A DNA stretch of 64,000 nucleotides from an uncultured delta proteobacterium (lineage in GTDB: Bacteria > Desulfobacterota > Syntrophia > Syntrophales > Smithellaceae), in assembly GCA_963710575.1 (NCBI GenBank), contig CAVQAL010000003.1, positions 149,372-213,371 on the forward strand, given 5' to 3'. The notes under the pieces are model-generated. The model had not been told where the DNA came from and searched no databases. It saw nothing but the letters and a program-made list of their open reading frames with translations. Below, piece by piece: positions 38,211 to 49,125 of the stretch. Each line of letters starts with the position of its first letter. Positions within the stretch are counted from its first letter, which is position 1. Made by a program: the position numbers and the translations under genes.

Positions 38211-38984
38211 TCAGCGGCAAACGCCCCTTTCCGATTCCTGAATGAATTTTATAAAATGATTCACTTCCGGAATATCTTCCACTTCATTCTTTGCTTTTTT
38301 TAATGCCGCTTCCAGAAGAAGATCAGATCGGAAAATAATACGGTAGGCGTCTTTAAGCGCATTGATTGTTTTTTCCGGAAAATTGCGTCTTTTAAGTCCA
38401 ATCAGATTTAAACCGAACAACTTGGCGTGGTTTCCCTGAGCTATAGCATAAGGAGGAACATCCTTAACGACGGCGGATGCACCGCCAATCATACAGTGTG
38501 CGCCAAGACGGCAGAATTGGTGTATCCCCGTCAGACCGCTGATAATCGCATAATCTTCGATATGAATATGCCCGGCCAATGTTGCGGCATTGGACATGAT
38601 AATGTTATTACCTAATTTACAGTTATGGGCAACATGAGCATAAGCCATAATCAGATTGTGATCTCCGATAATTGTCACTCCAATATCAGCGGTAGTGGAG
38701 CGATGAATAGTTACAAATTCACGAATAGTATTGAAGTTGCCAATAACCACTCGAGTCTTTTCTCCACCGAATTTTAAATCCTGGGGAGGAGCACCGATGG
38801 AACAAAATTGAAAAATATGGCAGTTTTCACCAATATGGGTAAAATCTTCTATTACTGTATGAGGACCAATTACAGTGTTTTTTCCGATTTTTACGTCAGA
38901 TCCAATCACCACATAGGGCCCGATTTCAACACCTTCTTCCAATTGCGCATCAGGAGAAATAATTGCCGTATGATGAACTTTCAT
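38211..38984 (-). CDS. lpxA: acyl-ACP:UDP-GlcNAc O-acyltransferase
   Basis: 257 aa with hexapeptide repeats and an LpxA-type C-terminal helical domain (..[12 protein letters not shown]..). Confidence 0.95.
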   Translation of the reverse strand: MKVHHTAIISPDAQLEEGVEIGPYVVIGSDVKIGKNTVIGPHTVIEDFTHIGENCHIFQFCSIGAPPQDLKFGGEKTRVVIGNFNTIREFVTIHRSTTADIGVTIIGDHNLIMAYAHVAHNCKLGNNIIMSNAATLAGHIHIEDYAIISGLTGIHQFCRLGAHCMIGGASAVVKDVPPYAIAQGNHAKLFGLNLIGLKRRNFPEKTINALKDAYRIIFRSDLLLEAALKKAKNEVEDIPEVNHFIKFIQESERGVCR

Positions 38985-39065
38985 TTATCTAACCTTTATA
39001 TTTATTAAAAATTTATTTTTTCGAGTGGAGCCCCGGCTCCTTGTAATAACGCGCTCTCCCGCGAT

Positions 39066-40130
39066 TTACGGCACATTATTTTTCCGGTTGGTTCCACGGG
39101 ATTCCAAGTCGCGGGATTGGAGATATTCTACTTTCTTTGCTATCTCTTCAAGTGTCGCTCTCATCTCCGGAAGTTTTACCCAGCATGCCAGCACTTTTAA
39201 CCATTGTTTATGCGGCAATTGCGGACTTCCGCCAACAATTTGTCCGGACTTAATACTTTTATGGATTGATGATGCGGCCGCGATCATTACATTGTCACCA
39301 ATACTAATATGTCCGACCATCCCCGTCTGTCCGCCAACCATCACACTTCTGCCCAGTTTAGTGCTTCCCGAAATACCGACTTGAGCTGCAATTGCTGAGT
39401 TTTCACCAATAACAACATTATGGGCAATCTGGACAAGATTATCAATTTTTACATTTCGCTGAATCCAAGTTCTTCCCAGCGCGGCTCGATCAATAGTGGT
39501 ATTGGCTCCGATTTCCACATCATCATCAATTTGCACAAAACCAACTTGCGGAATTTTGGTGTTGTCCCTGCCGGGGGATGCAAAACCAAATCCGTCAGCG
39601 CCGACCACAACTCCAGAATGCAAAATTACCCGTTTACCAATGATGGAAAAGTGATAAACAGTGACATTGGCATAGAGTATTGAACTTTCACCAATGAAAG
39701 AATCACGGCCTACAAAAACACCGGGGTAGATAACAGCCCCCTTACCGATCTTTGCCCCCTTGCTGATAAAAGCCCTAGGGAAAATTGTTGCTTCCGGAGA
39801 TACAATAGCACCCTCTTCAATATAAGCGTCCGGACTTACACCACTGTGACCATGTTTTAATGGATAAAAAAGTGTTAATAGTTTTCCCAAAGCAACGTAA
39901 GGGTCATCTACAATAACCAGATTCCTTCCTTCCGCCGCTGTTTGCTGTGGTGCAAGAATAGCCGACGCTTTAGTAAGCTTTAGTTTTTGAAAATACTTCT
40001 TATTGGCAATAAAGGTGAGGTCACCTTCATTTGCTTCCTCAATAGACCTAATATTGCTGATAATCGTATCATCAGCACCAATGACAGCACCGCCAAGAAA
40101 CGATGCTATCTCCGCAAGCGTCATTTTCAT
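39066..40130 (-). CDS. lpxD: UDP-3-O-acylglucosamine N-acyltransferase
   Basis: 354 aa. It has an N-terminal uridine-binding domain (MTLAEIASFLGG..) and a hexapeptide left-handed helix. Confidence 0.95.
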   Translation of the reverse strand: MKMTLAEIASFLGGAVIGADDTIISNIRSIEEANEGDLTFIANKKYFQKLKLTKASAILAPQQTAAEGRNLVIVDDPYVALGKLLTLFYPLKHGHSGVSPDAYIEEGAIVSPEATIFPRAFISKGAKIGKGAVIYPGVFVGRDSFIGESSILYANVTVYHFSIIGKRVILHSGVVVGADGFGFASPGRDNTKIPQVGFVQIDDDVEIGANTTIDRAALGRTWIQRNVKIDNLVQIAHNVVIGENSAIAAQVGISGSTKLGRSVMVGGQTGMVGHISIGDNVMIAAASSIHKSIKSGQIVGGSPQLPHKQWLKVLACWVKLPEMRATLEEIAKKVEYLQSRDLESRGTNRKNNVP

Positions 40131-40150
40131 TTAATGAAAATTTCCTTAAT

Positions 40151-40669
40151 TTATTTTAATTTATTGAAATCTTCTATAACTTTTTTGCTAAAATCATTTT
40201 CCTTGGCATAATAAGGTATAGGCATCGTTGCGACATCAATAACCAAAGTAAATTTTTCTTTTTCAGCGATAGCGCGGACAATTTTCATTATTCCCGGCAT
40301 CAACTTTTGAGTCATCTCTTGATCTCGTTTTTTTAGCTCTTCATTCGTATCATTGACCTGCAATTGATAATCACGCAATTTCTTCTGGTAAGCAGTTTCC
40401 TTTTCTTTTTGCGAGCTTTGCGTCATGATCGAACTTTGTTTTTCCAGTTCATCCTTCATTTTCTTTAATTCTTTTTCTGATGATTTTATTTCCTGGGTTT
40501 CTTTTTCGTAGAATTTTTTAAAATCTTCCGCAGCCTTTTTGCCAGCATTGGAGTTTTGCATTATTTCCTGCAAGTTAATAAAGCCAATTTTATCCACCGC
40601 AAAAGAGCTCGTGCTCCAGATAAAAACAAACAAGATAATGCCGGCCATTAGGTAAAAACTTCTTTTCAT
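40151..40669 (-). CDS. skp: OmpH/Skp-family periplasmic chaperone
   Basis: 172 aa with a signal peptide and a coiled, Lys/Glu-rich body. It sits between bamA and lpxD. Confidence 0.88.
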   Translation of the reverse strand: MKRSFYLMAGIILFVFIWSTSSFAVDKIGFINLQEIMQNSNAGKKAAEDFKKFYEKETQEIKSSEKELKKMKDELEKQSSIMTQSSQKEKETAYQKKLRDYQLQVNDTNEELKKRDQEMTQKLMPGIMKIVRAIAEKEKFTLVIDVATMPIPYYAKENDFSKKVIEDFNKLK

Positions 40670-40737
40670 ATAAAATCTCCTCTCTTAATTTATTTGTGAC
40701 TAAAACAAATTTGAATTTTGTTTCTTCCATTTCTTAT

Positions 40738-43392
40738 TTACATAGCCGCCCCGATGGTAAATTCCCAGCGGCCGGTTCCTGTTGTGTCATCGCTTAATCC
40801 TTTGTGGTTAACTATGTAGCCATATTCAAGCCGCAATGGTCCGATAGGAGAATACCAGCGAATACCTAATCCCACAGACTGCCGTAAATCATCAAGGTAA
40901 TACCTGTCGTTCCAGGCATTGCCGGCGTCGTAAAAAATAACACCTTGCATGCCCGCATCCTTAATAATGGGAAAAACTAGCTCAAAGTTAAAGAGCAACA
41001 TGCTTGTACCACCAATTACATCTTCCGTTCCCGGATTGGTCGGACCAATGTAGCGAAAACCGCGCAGAGAATTAATTCCGCCTAAAACATATCTAACAGA
41101 AATGGGAATATTTTCTTCTCCATCATTACTTTGTATATAGCCGATTCGGCCCTTTGCTCCAAAAACAACATCTAAGGGCAGGGGATAGTAAGTAAAAAGA
41201 CTGGCTGAATATTGGGTATAACTGGCGTTGCCTCCTAATAGTCCTCCCGCTTGCGTAACTGAAATATTGGCCTTTATTCCTTTAGTAGGAAAAATATTAT
41301 CATTCGTTGTATCGCGAACTAAACTTAAGGTTAAAGCGCTGGTTATAAAGTCTCCTTCTTGCTCCATAATTTGCCAAGGAGCCGCAGCTAAAACATCAGA
41401 AATATTATCGTCTGTAAGTTTATAACCGACATATCCGACAATTTTTTCCCAAAGAGGGTGACCTAAAGTAAGCCCCACACCGCGTGTATCCAAGGTGTAA
41501 GTGTCATAGTCTTTTTTGTATTTCCAGATGTTCACTTGAGACCAAAGGGGCAGATCAAAAAGCCATGGTTCCGTAAAAGATAAATCAATATTATTGGTAG
41601 TGGAACCTAAAGATGCTTTCAGGCTTAAAATTTGACCATAACCTAGAAAATTCTGTTGGGTAATTTGCGCCATGATAACAGCTTGATCAACGGCACTATA
41701 ACCGGCACCCACCATAAACATACCCGTACTTTTTTCTTTGACCCGGATATTGATGTCTGTTTTACTTTTATCCGGTCCTTTTTCTGTTTGAAAATCCACC
41801 TCTTCAAAATACCGCAGCCGGTTCAGATTACTATAACTGTTTTTTAATTTGCTGCTGGAATACAAGCTCCCTTCAACTACTTCCAACTGACGCCGGATAA
41901 CCTTATCACGTGTAATAGTATTGCCGGTAATGTTAATATGATTAATATAAACCAATTCTCCTTTAGTTATATGAAAATCCACATCAACTAATTGTTCATT
42001 TTCTTTGGGATTAATTTTGGGATTAACATCGGCATTGGCATAACCTTCATCATTGCAGGCTTGAGTTAAAAAATCGATGTCCTTCATGATTGCTTCGCGG
42101 TTATAATTGTCATCTTTTTTTATTTTCAGAGACTTCAATAACTCCATCCTGGATTTTTCCAGTAAATCACCGGAAATTTCCACTTTGTCGACTTTAAACC
42201 TTTTTCCTTCTTTAATTTTAATTTTTATGTAAATCCCTTTTTTATCGATAGTTATTTCCGGCTCGCCAACTTGAGAATTAATAAATCCATTATTGAAATA
42301 ATACGAGGTTAATTTACCACTGTCTTGTTTCAGTTGATCGCGCTTGAGCAAACCGGAATCGGTGATGAAAGAAAATATGCCGTGTTCAGAAGTGCTCATC
42401 ATATTTTTCAATTCTTTTGAGCTGTAGGCTTCGTTACCTTCAAAAGTAATCGACTTAACGTAGAGTCTGTCATTTTCTTTAATGTCAAAAATTACGCGAA
42501 AATCTTTTTCTCCATCCCGTTCGACTTTATCGTTTATCTCAGCATTGTAATAACCTTTATTGTCATAAAGTGTCTTTATTTTTTCTATATCCGTTTTAAT
42601 TTTTTCCTGATCAACAATTTGCTTAGTCTTAATTGTCAGAACTTCTTTAATATCATCTTTACTTAAGGCTTTATTTCCGTTGATCTGAATTTCCGAAATC
42701 AGTCCTTTTTCCTGCACAATAAAAGTGATGACTTTCCCTTCTGGTGTTGACGTAGCATCTGCGGTTACATCCAGGAAAAAGCCCATTTTGAAAATTGTTT
42801 TAATATCAGCGGCAATGTCTGCTTCGAAAAAATTATTGCCCACTTTGCTTTTGATTTGCGCAATGATAGCGGAAACTTCAATCTTCCGGTTCCCTTTAAT
42901 TTCAATCCTGGCTATTTTTTGAACCAGTCCGGTACGAATAAGAATCTCAGTTTTTAATTGCGCTGCTATCGCAGCAAGGTTAGCTAATCCTTTTCCTTGA
43001 ACGGAAGCCGTAGATAAAACATTTGCCTTGGTTACATCAATTATTTGGGCATCAATACTTAAAGTTTCACCTAATTGGGTTAAGCTGCCGATAATCACAA
43101 TATCGGCGCCCAAGGATTTCCCCTTTTTGATTGCCTGTTTTTCATCCATTTTGAGATTGCTCTGAAGAAAGGCATCCGCAGGAATTATTTGAACAAGTTT
43201 TTCCTTTTTTAATTCTTCGACCAAATTTTTATATAGAGATTCTTTGATTGCCGCGCTATTGCCGCTACTGTAAACTTCAAAAGGCAGTACGCTGATTTTT
43301 TTTAATTCCTGAGAATACGCTTGAGGAATAAAAAAAATGATTAAAAGTAAAATGATTAAATATGTTTGGCAAACTATTTTATTTATAGTCAT
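40738..43392 (-). CDS. bamA: outer membrane protein assembly factor BamA with an extra N-terminal domain
   Basis: POTRA repeats and a C-terminal beta-barrel are present, ending ..RWEFTIGAAM. I take the start at MTINKIV (43392). Confidence 0.93.
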   Translation of the reverse strand: MTINKIVCQTYLIILLLIIFFIPQAYSQELKKISVLPFEVYSSGNSAAIKESLYKNLVEELKKEKLVQIIPADAFLQSNLKMDEKQAIKKGKSLGADIVIIGSLTQLGETLSIDAQIIDVTKANVLSTASVQGKGLANLAAIAAQLKTEILIRTGLVQKIARIEIKGNRKIEVSAIIAQIKSKVGNNFFEADIAADIKTIFKMGFFLDVTADATSTPEGKVITFIVQEKGLISEIQINGNKALSKDDIKEVLTIKTKQIVDQEKIKTDIEKIKTLYDNKGYYNAEINDKVERDGEKDFRVIFDIKENDRLYVKSITFEGNEAYSSKELKNMMSTSEHGIFSFITDSGLLKRDQLKQDSGKLTSYYFNNGFINSQVGEPEITIDKKGIYIKIKIKEGKRFKVDKVEISGDLLEKSRMELLKSLKIKKDDNYNREAIMKDIDFLTQACNDEGYANADVNPKINPKENEQLVDVDFHITKGELVYINHINITGNTITRDKVIRRQLEVVEGSLYSSSKLKNSYSNLNRLRYFEEVDFQTEKGPDKSKTDINIRVKEKSTGMFMVGAGYSAVDQAVIMAQITQQNFLGYGQILSLKASLGSTTNNIDLSFTEPWLFDLPLWSQVNIWKYKKDYDTYTLDTRGVGLTLGHPLWEKIVGYVGYKLTDDNISDVLAAAPWQIMEQEGDFITSALTLSLVRDTTNDNIFPTKGIKANISVTQAGGLLGGNASYTQYSASLFTYYPLPLDVVFGAKGRIGYIQSNDGEENIPISVRYVLGGINSLRGFRYIGPTNPGTEDVIGGTSMLLFNFELVFPIIKDAGMQGVIFYDAGNAWNDRYYLDDLRQSVGLGIRWYSPIGPLRLEYGYIVNHKGLSDDTTGTGRWEFTIGAAM

Positions 43393-44050
43393 ATATCTTC
43401 CCATCGCGCAGGGAAATCCTGTCGGACATCCTTTCTGCAAGCAATTTGTTATGAGTCACCGTAATAAGGGTAATTCTTTTTGTTGCATTTAAATTGACTA
43501 AAATGTCTTCTATCTTTTTTCCTGTCTCTGTGTCAAGATTTCCCGTAGGTTCGTCGACAAGCAATATTTCCGGCCCCATCACCAAAGCACGGGCAATGGC
43601 CACGCGCTGTTGTTCGCCGCCGGATAGTTCTCCCGGTCTGTGTTTTTTTCTATGTTCTAATCCAACTTCACTCAATAATTTGCAAGCTTTTTCTGACGCT
43701 TGTTTCTTGGGCATCCCGCTGATTAAAGCCGGCATCATGGTATTTTCCATAGCGTTGAATTCCGGAAGCAAATTATTAAATTGAAAAACGAACCCAATCG
43801 CCGAGTTGCGGAAACGAGCCATTTTTCCTTCTTCCCATTCAAAAACGTTCATGCCGTCAATGGAAAGACAACCTTCTGTAGGGTGATCTAACATACCCAG
43901 AATATGAATGAGTGTGCTCTTGCCGGCGCCGGACACGCCAAGGATTGCCAATGATTCACCTTTTTTTATTTGCAGGTTCAGACCGCGCAAAACTTCTATT
44001 TTATTTCCATCTTTAATAAATGTTTTTGACAAATTTTTTAGTATAATCAT
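43379..44050 (-). CDS. lolD: lipoprotein-releasing ABC transporter ATP-binding protein
   Basis: [25 protein letters not shown] and [11 protein letters not shown] are present. Confidence 0.9.
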   Translation of the reverse strand: MIILKNLSKTFIKDGNKIEVLRGLNLQIKKGESLAILGVSGAGKSTLIHILGMLDHPTEGCLSIDGMNVFEWEEGKMARFRNSAIGFVFQFNNLLPEFNAMENTMMPALISGMPKKQASEKACKLLSEVGLEHRKKHRPGELSGGEQQRVAIARALVMGPEILLVDEPTGNLDTETGKKIEDILVNLNATKRITLITVTHNKLLAERMSDRISLRDGKIYDYK

Positions 44051-44075
44051 ATTACATAAACTGGTTATCTTATAT

Positions 44076-45392
44076 TTATTCGTATCTCAATGCTTCGGCC
44101 GGATCTGACTTTGAAGCCTTTAAAGAGGGATAAATCGTTGATAAGAAGCAAATAAACAGCGTACCGATAACAATGATAACAACATCGCCATAGTTAACCT
44201 TAGAAGGAAGCTCGCTTAAATAATAAACATCACCGGGCAAAATCTTGAAATGGAAAATTTTCTCCACAAAAAGCGATACTTTCTGAACATTTAAAGCTAC
44301 GGTCACGCCGGCAACGCATCCCAAGGCTGTGCCGATAACACCAATAATCAGACCTTGATAAATAAATATTTTCATAATGCTGCGGGAAGTTGCCCCCATT
44401 GATTTCAGAATAGCAATATCCTTACTTTTTTCCATGACGATCATTATCAATGCACTGATTATATTAAACGCGGCGACAAGGACAATTAAGCTCAGAATAA
44501 TAAACATGACGCGTTTCTCCATTTTTAAAGCGGAAAAAAAGTTCTTGTTCATCTGCATCCAGTTTTGCGCCCAGAAGGGAAAGCCTAATTTACTTTGAAT
44601 TTTTCGGGCAATACTATCTGCTTTGTAAATATCGGCGACTTTGATATCAATTCCCGTAACGGCATCACCAATTTGTAAAAAATCCTGACAGTTGTGCAAA
44701 GATAAATAGGCCAGCGTCGAATCATATTCATAAAACCCGGATTCGAAGATACCAACGACAATAAATTTTTTCATGCGGGGCACCATTCCCATGGGTGTAG
44801 AAATACTCACCGGAGAAATAATAGTGATAGAATCGTAAAGAAAAATCCCCAGATTTCGAGCCATTTCTTTACCAATGACAATTCCCTCTGACGGCACACT
44901 TGCATTTCTATTATTCAGAAAAAGTTCTTGAGGAATTTTGTTGAGATATTCAATGTTGCCTTCCTTGATTTTTCCCAAATTAATCACTTTAAAAGCGCTT
45001 TGAGTATCCAAACCACGGATGATTACACCTGCAGCGCCATTACCGTTGCGAATCATTCCCTGGCTGTAAATAAACGGTGTGGAAGCAATAACTCCTTCAA
45101 TATCAGCAATTCGTTCGCTAACTTTCTGATAATCTTTCATGGGACCGGTCATATCAGTTGTCAGTTCAATATGGGATTTAATACCCAAAATTTTTGTGCG
45201 TAAGTCCTCTTCAAATCCATTCATAACCGCCAGCACGATGATCAAGGCCGCAACGCCTAAAAAAATACCGAAAATCGATATAAACGTAATGATCGAAACA
45301 AATATTTGTTTGCGCTTTGCACTTAAATAACGTTTACTTATAAAAAGCTCATACGGTATCAAAATATTATATCCTATATTTTTTAAGACCAA
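44076..45392 (-). CDS. lolE: lipoprotein-releasing system permease (LolC/LolE family)
   Basis: 438 aa with a MacB-like/FtsX topology, adjacent to lolD. Confidence 0.88.
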   Translation of the reverse strand: MVLKNIGYNILIPYELFISKRYLSAKRKQIFVSIITFISIFGIFLGVAALIIVLAVMNGFEEDLRTKILGIKSHIELTTDMTGPMKDYQKVSERIADIEGVIASTPFIYSQGMIRNGNGAAGVIIRGLDTQSAFKVINLGKIKEGNIEYLNKIPQELFLNNRNASVPSEGIVIGKEMARNLGIFLYDSITIISPVSISTPMGMVPRMKKFIVVGIFESGFYEYDSTLAYLSLHNCQDFLQIGDAVTGIDIKVADIYKADSIARKIQSKLGFPFWAQNWMQMNKNFFSALKMEKRVMFIILSLIVLVAAFNIISALIMIVMEKSKDIAILKSMGATSRSIMKIFIYQGLIIGVIGTALGCVAGVTVALNVQKVSLFVEKIFHFKILPGDVYYLSELPSKVNYGDVVIIVIGTLFICFLSTIYPSLKASKSDPAEALRYE

Positions 45393-45429
45393 TCTGATTT
45401 TTTAGAAAATATGAGTTAATATTCCCGTT

Positions 45430-46911
45430 TCATTCCTGCTTAGTTCTCAACAACGGAAACAAAATGACATCTCTGATAGAAGCTGCGTCGGTAAAAAGCA
45501 TAACCAGGCGGTCAATACCGATACCTTCACCGGCTGTAGGCGGCATAGCATATTCCAGTGTCCGGATATAATCTTCGTCCATTTCGTGAGCTTCGTCATC
45601 ACCAGCTTCTCTTTCTTGTAATTGCTGCAGAAATCTTTCTCTCTGTTCGGCAGGATCGTTTAACTCCGAAAAGGCATTGGCAATTTCTCTGCCGTAAATA
45701 TACAGTTCAAAGCGATCGGTAAGATCTGCATCCGTGTTTGACCTCCTAGAAAGGGGAGATATTACCACTGGATAATGGGTCACAAATGTTGGCTGAACCA
45801 GTTTCTTTTCGACAATCTCATCGAAAATGGCCATTAAAATTTTCCCTAAATGATCGGCATCTGTCACCTTGCAGCCGGATCTTCGGGCAAAGGCTAAAGA
45901 CTGGTTTTTATTTTCCAATATGGCTGGCTCCAGGCCTGCTATTTGTACGAGAGCTTCTTTTACGGATATGCGCCGCCATGGCGGGGTCAAATCGATTTCC
46001 GTATTCTGATAATTAAATTTTAACCCGCCAAATATATTGTTAGCAACAAAGGCAAATAGGTCTTCGGTAAAGGTCATCAATTTTTCATAAGTGCTGTACG
46101 CCTGGTAAAATTCCATCATGGTAAATTCGGGATTATGAAAAGTAGAGATACCCTCATTGCGAAAATTACGATTAATTTCATATACTCTCTCTAATCCGCC
46201 TGTAACGAGGCGTTTCAAATAAAGTTCAGGAGCAATCCGCAGGTAAAAATCCATATCCAGAGCGTTATGATGAGTTTTAAAAGGGCGGGCGGCAGCTCCT
46301 CCTGCGCGTGGCTGCATCATCGGTGTTTCTACTTCCAAGAAATCATGCTTGTCCATAAATTGCCGAATAAGCTGGATAATACGACTACGCAGGTAAAAAA
46401 TTTCTTTAACCTTGGGATTGGTAATCAAATCAAGATATCTCTGGCGGTACCTTGTCTCAACATCAGTAAGGCCATGCCACTTTTCCGGCAGAGGGCGTAT
46501 GGATTTGGAAAGCAGGATTAAATTATCCGCTTCAATAGTCAATTCGCCGGTCTTAGTGCGAAATAGTTTTCCTGAAACATAAATGATATCGCCTATATCT
46601 AGTTTTTTAAAAATAAAATAAGCATTATCACTGAGAATATTTTTGGCTATGTAACTTTGAATCTGGCCCTTATGATCTTGAATTTTGATAAATGTAGCTT
46701 TACCGAAATTACGCACGGCCATTAAACGCCCGGCGATGGAGAACCTATTTATTAGCTGCGCCAGAGCTTCACCATCGGAATGGCCAAACTGGGCAAATAT
46801 TTCTGCTGTTGTATTTTGCGGTTGTACATCGTTGGGATATAAATCAACCCCGGCTTCTTTTAAAGCCAAGATTTTTTCTCGACGTATGTTTAAAAGATCA
46901 TTATCTTCCAT
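45430..46911 (-). CDS. lysS: lysine--tRNA ligase (class II)
   Basis: An OB anticodon-binding domain and class II motifs are present (..FRNEGIS..HNPEFTMMEFY.., ..GIGIDRLVM..). The ATG at 46911 has a GGAGA Shine-Dalgarno, while the ORF-track start at 46971 has none. Confidence 0.95.
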   Translation of the reverse strand: MEDNDLLNIRREKILALKEAGVDLYPNDVQPQNTTAEIFAQFGHSDGEALAQLINRFSIAGRLMAVRNFGKATFIKIQDHKGQIQSYIAKNILSDNAYFIFKKLDIGDIIYVSGKLFRTKTGELTIEADNLILLSKSIRPLPEKWHGLTDVETRYRQRYLDLITNPKVKEIFYLRSRIIQLIRQFMDKHDFLEVETPMMQPRAGGAAARPFKTHHNALDMDFYLRIAPELYLKRLVTGGLERVYEINRNFRNEGISTFHNPEFTMMEFYQAYSTYEKLMTFTEDLFAFVANNIFGGLKFNYQNTEIDLTPPWRRISVKEALVQIAGLEPAILENKNQSLAFARRSGCKVTDADHLGKILMAIFDEIVEKKLVQPTFVTHYPVVISPLSRRSNTDADLTDRFELYIYGREIANAFSELNDPAEQRERFLQQLQEREAGDDEAHEMDEDYIRTLEYAMPPTAGEGIGIDRLVMLFTDAASIRDVILFPLLRTKQE

Positions 46912-47088
46912 AATTTCTCCATTTTTATAAAGCTTGTTTGAATATATTTTTTTTGCCAAATAGTCAAGCATGATTGTTATTGTATAATGTTATAGGGCAA
47001 ATAATGTTTTAATTTAAATTTTCTACACAAAATTAGTTTGCCACAAGTGATGATGTTATGTATTATAGTATAGATTTATCAATAGGGG

Positions 47089-47511
47089 GTGGGTAAAATG
47101 GTAAATAAAGCAACATTGATTGGCAGGCTGGGTAAAGATCCGGAAGTTCGTTATACGCCCGATGGAACAATGATCACAAATTTTAATTTAGCCACAGACG
47201 AACAATGGAAAGATAAAACCGGAGAAAAAGTTCAAAAAACGGAGTGGCATAGAATAGTTACTTTTGGGAAATTAGCCGAGATATGCGGCAACTATCTTGT
47301 TAAAGGCAAACTTATTTTCGTGGAAGGGCGGATTCAAACCCGTTCGTGGGAAGATAAGGATGGCGTTAAGCGCTACACTACTGAAATTATAGCTTCCAAC
47401 ATGCAAATGCTGGATTCCAAAGGTCAGAACAAAACAAGTGAATCATCTCCCGATTCTTCGCCTGAAAGCTTCAATAATGGCAGCGTTCCTGTAGATGATG
47501 TCCCGTTTTAA
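47089..47511 (+). CDS. ssb: single-stranded DNA-binding protein
   Basis: [30 protein letters not shown].. is an OB fold. The acidic tail ends DDVPF. Confidence 0.96.
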   Translation: MGKMVNKATLIGRLGKDPEVRYTPDGTMITNFNLATDEQWKDKTGEKVQKTEWHRIVTFGKLAEICGNYLVKGKLIFVEGRIQTRSWEDKDGVKRYTTEIIASNMQMLDSKGQNKTSESSPDSSPESFNNGSVPVDDVPF

Positions 47512-47729
47512 CCTGCCTCTCTGACGCATACTACACTTGTTCAGCCTTAACAACGGATGAAGTGAATATTTATGCTACTTACCGCTTATTAAAAAATAGT
47601 TGAGTAGCAATTATGAGAACAGCATACTAAGGGTTTAAACATCCATGGCTTTTTAGTTGGCATCTATTTTACGTTTCTGGATAGTATTTTAAACTATTGA
47701 TAATTGTTTGAGCTGAATGAAAAAATTCA

Positions 47730-48875
47730 TTAATCATATTTTCGAAGATAATTCTCAAGCCGGTTTAAGCCTTCTTTAATGTTTTCTATCGAATTGGCGT
47801 AAGAAAAACGTAAAAAACCTTCGCCCGCACTGCCGAAATCAATGCCGGGTGTGACGCCAACTTTTGCCTCTTCAGTAATACGGAAAGCTTCCTTGTAAGA
47901 ATCCGTACAAAAGCGTCGCGCATCGGCAAACACATAAAACGCACCGGTCGGCTCAACATGAATGATAAAACCCATGTCTTTTAATCGCGCCAGCATGTAT
48001 TGGCGTCTTTCGTCATAAATCCTTACCATTTTGGCCACATCTTTTTGTGCTTTGGTTAGGGCGGCAATGCCCGCCCATTGAATAAAGCCGTTGGCGGAAA
48101 TCATAAAATTCTGATGAATCCTCTGCATGACTTTTGAAAATTGCCTGGGGAAAATGCAGTAACCCAGACGCCAGCCGGTCATTGCGTATAATTTGGAAAA
48201 ACCATTGATAACAAAAGCCTTCTCCGTAAATTCTAAAATGGAATGTGCGCGGTCTTTATAGACCAGTCCGTGATAAATCTCATCGGAAATAATGTACTGT
48301 TTGTCAAACTCAGCCATGCTTTGCAATTGGTCTTTGCTCATGACAATGCCGGTGGGATTGGAAGGCGAGTTAATCAAAATCGCCTTGGTCCGGGAAGAGA
48401 GTTTCTTCTTAATATCCTTCGGACGGTATTGAAATCCCTCTTCCGGATAAGTCTTAACCTCTTTATTCTTACCGCCGGTCGCAAGGATAAAGTTCTGGTA
48501 ACAAGGGTAGCGCGGATTGGAAATGATCACTTCGTCGCCACGATCTAAAATAGCCAGCATCGCAAATAATAGAGCGGGAGAGGTGCCGGTAGATATCATA
48601 ACCTGATCTGGCGTAATCTTAACGCCGTACTCCTTAAAATAGAAAACGCATATGGCTTGACGCAGCTCTAGCAAGCCCAAAGCATGGGTATAGCGAGTTT
48701 TGTTATTGCGCAGCGCTTTGGTTGCCGCCTGCGTGATAACTTTCGGTGTGGGAAAATCAGGCTCGCCTACTTCCATGTGGATAACTTTTTCACCTTTACG
48801 CTCCAACTCTTCGGCTTTCGCCATAACATCCATGACAATGAAAGATGTGAATTGGGATGCTCTTTTTGAAATCAT
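47730..48875 (-). CDS. class I/II PLP-dependent aminotransferase (aspartate/aromatic aminotransferase-like)
   Basis: 381 aa. ..NGFSKLYAMTGWRLGY.. carries the PLP lysine motif. Confidence 0.88.
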   Translation of the reverse strand: MISKRASQFTSFIVMDVMAKAEELERKGEKVIHMEVGEPDFPTPKVITQAATKALRNNKTRYTHALGLLELRQAICVFYFKEYGVKITPDQVMISTGTSPALLFAMLAILDRGDEVIISNPRYPCYQNFILATGGKNKEVKTYPEEGFQYRPKDIKKKLSSRTKAILINSPSNPTGIVMSKDQLQSMAEFDKQYIISDEIYHGLVYKDRAHSILEFTEKAFVINGFSKLYAMTGWRLGYCIFPRQFSKVMQRIHQNFMISANGFIQWAGIAALTKAQKDVAKMVRIYDERRQYMLARLKDMGFIIHVEPTGAFYVFADARRFCTDSYKEAFRITEEAKVGVTPGIDFGSAGEGFLRFSYANSIENIKEGLNRLENYLRKYD

Positions 48876-49029
48876 AGATAACCCTCCTATTTGATAAACT
48901 AAATCTATTGCGATTGTCTTTTTTTTTCAACTAACTTTTATTGATTTGTTTTTTTTAAGATACCACCAAATTTAAGATAGTTTGCAAATTTATCATTGGG
49001 GGTGGAAAATTATCAAAAAAACTCATAAT

Positions 49030-49045
49030 TGGCTTATTCTTTGCA
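49030..49045 (+). promoter_or_regulatory. sigma54 (-24/-12)-type promoter candidate upstream of the activator gene
   Basis: TGGCTTATTCTTTGCA. GG and GC fall at the canonical 10-nt offset of TGGCAC-N5-TTGCA, 80-95 nt upstream of the CDS. Confidence 0.5.
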
Positions 49046-49125
49046 TTTTTATTCTCAAAAAATAAAAAACTATTGCTATTAGCACAATTTTGTTACAAAA
49101 TACCTTCGGGTTTGCCAAACCTTTT

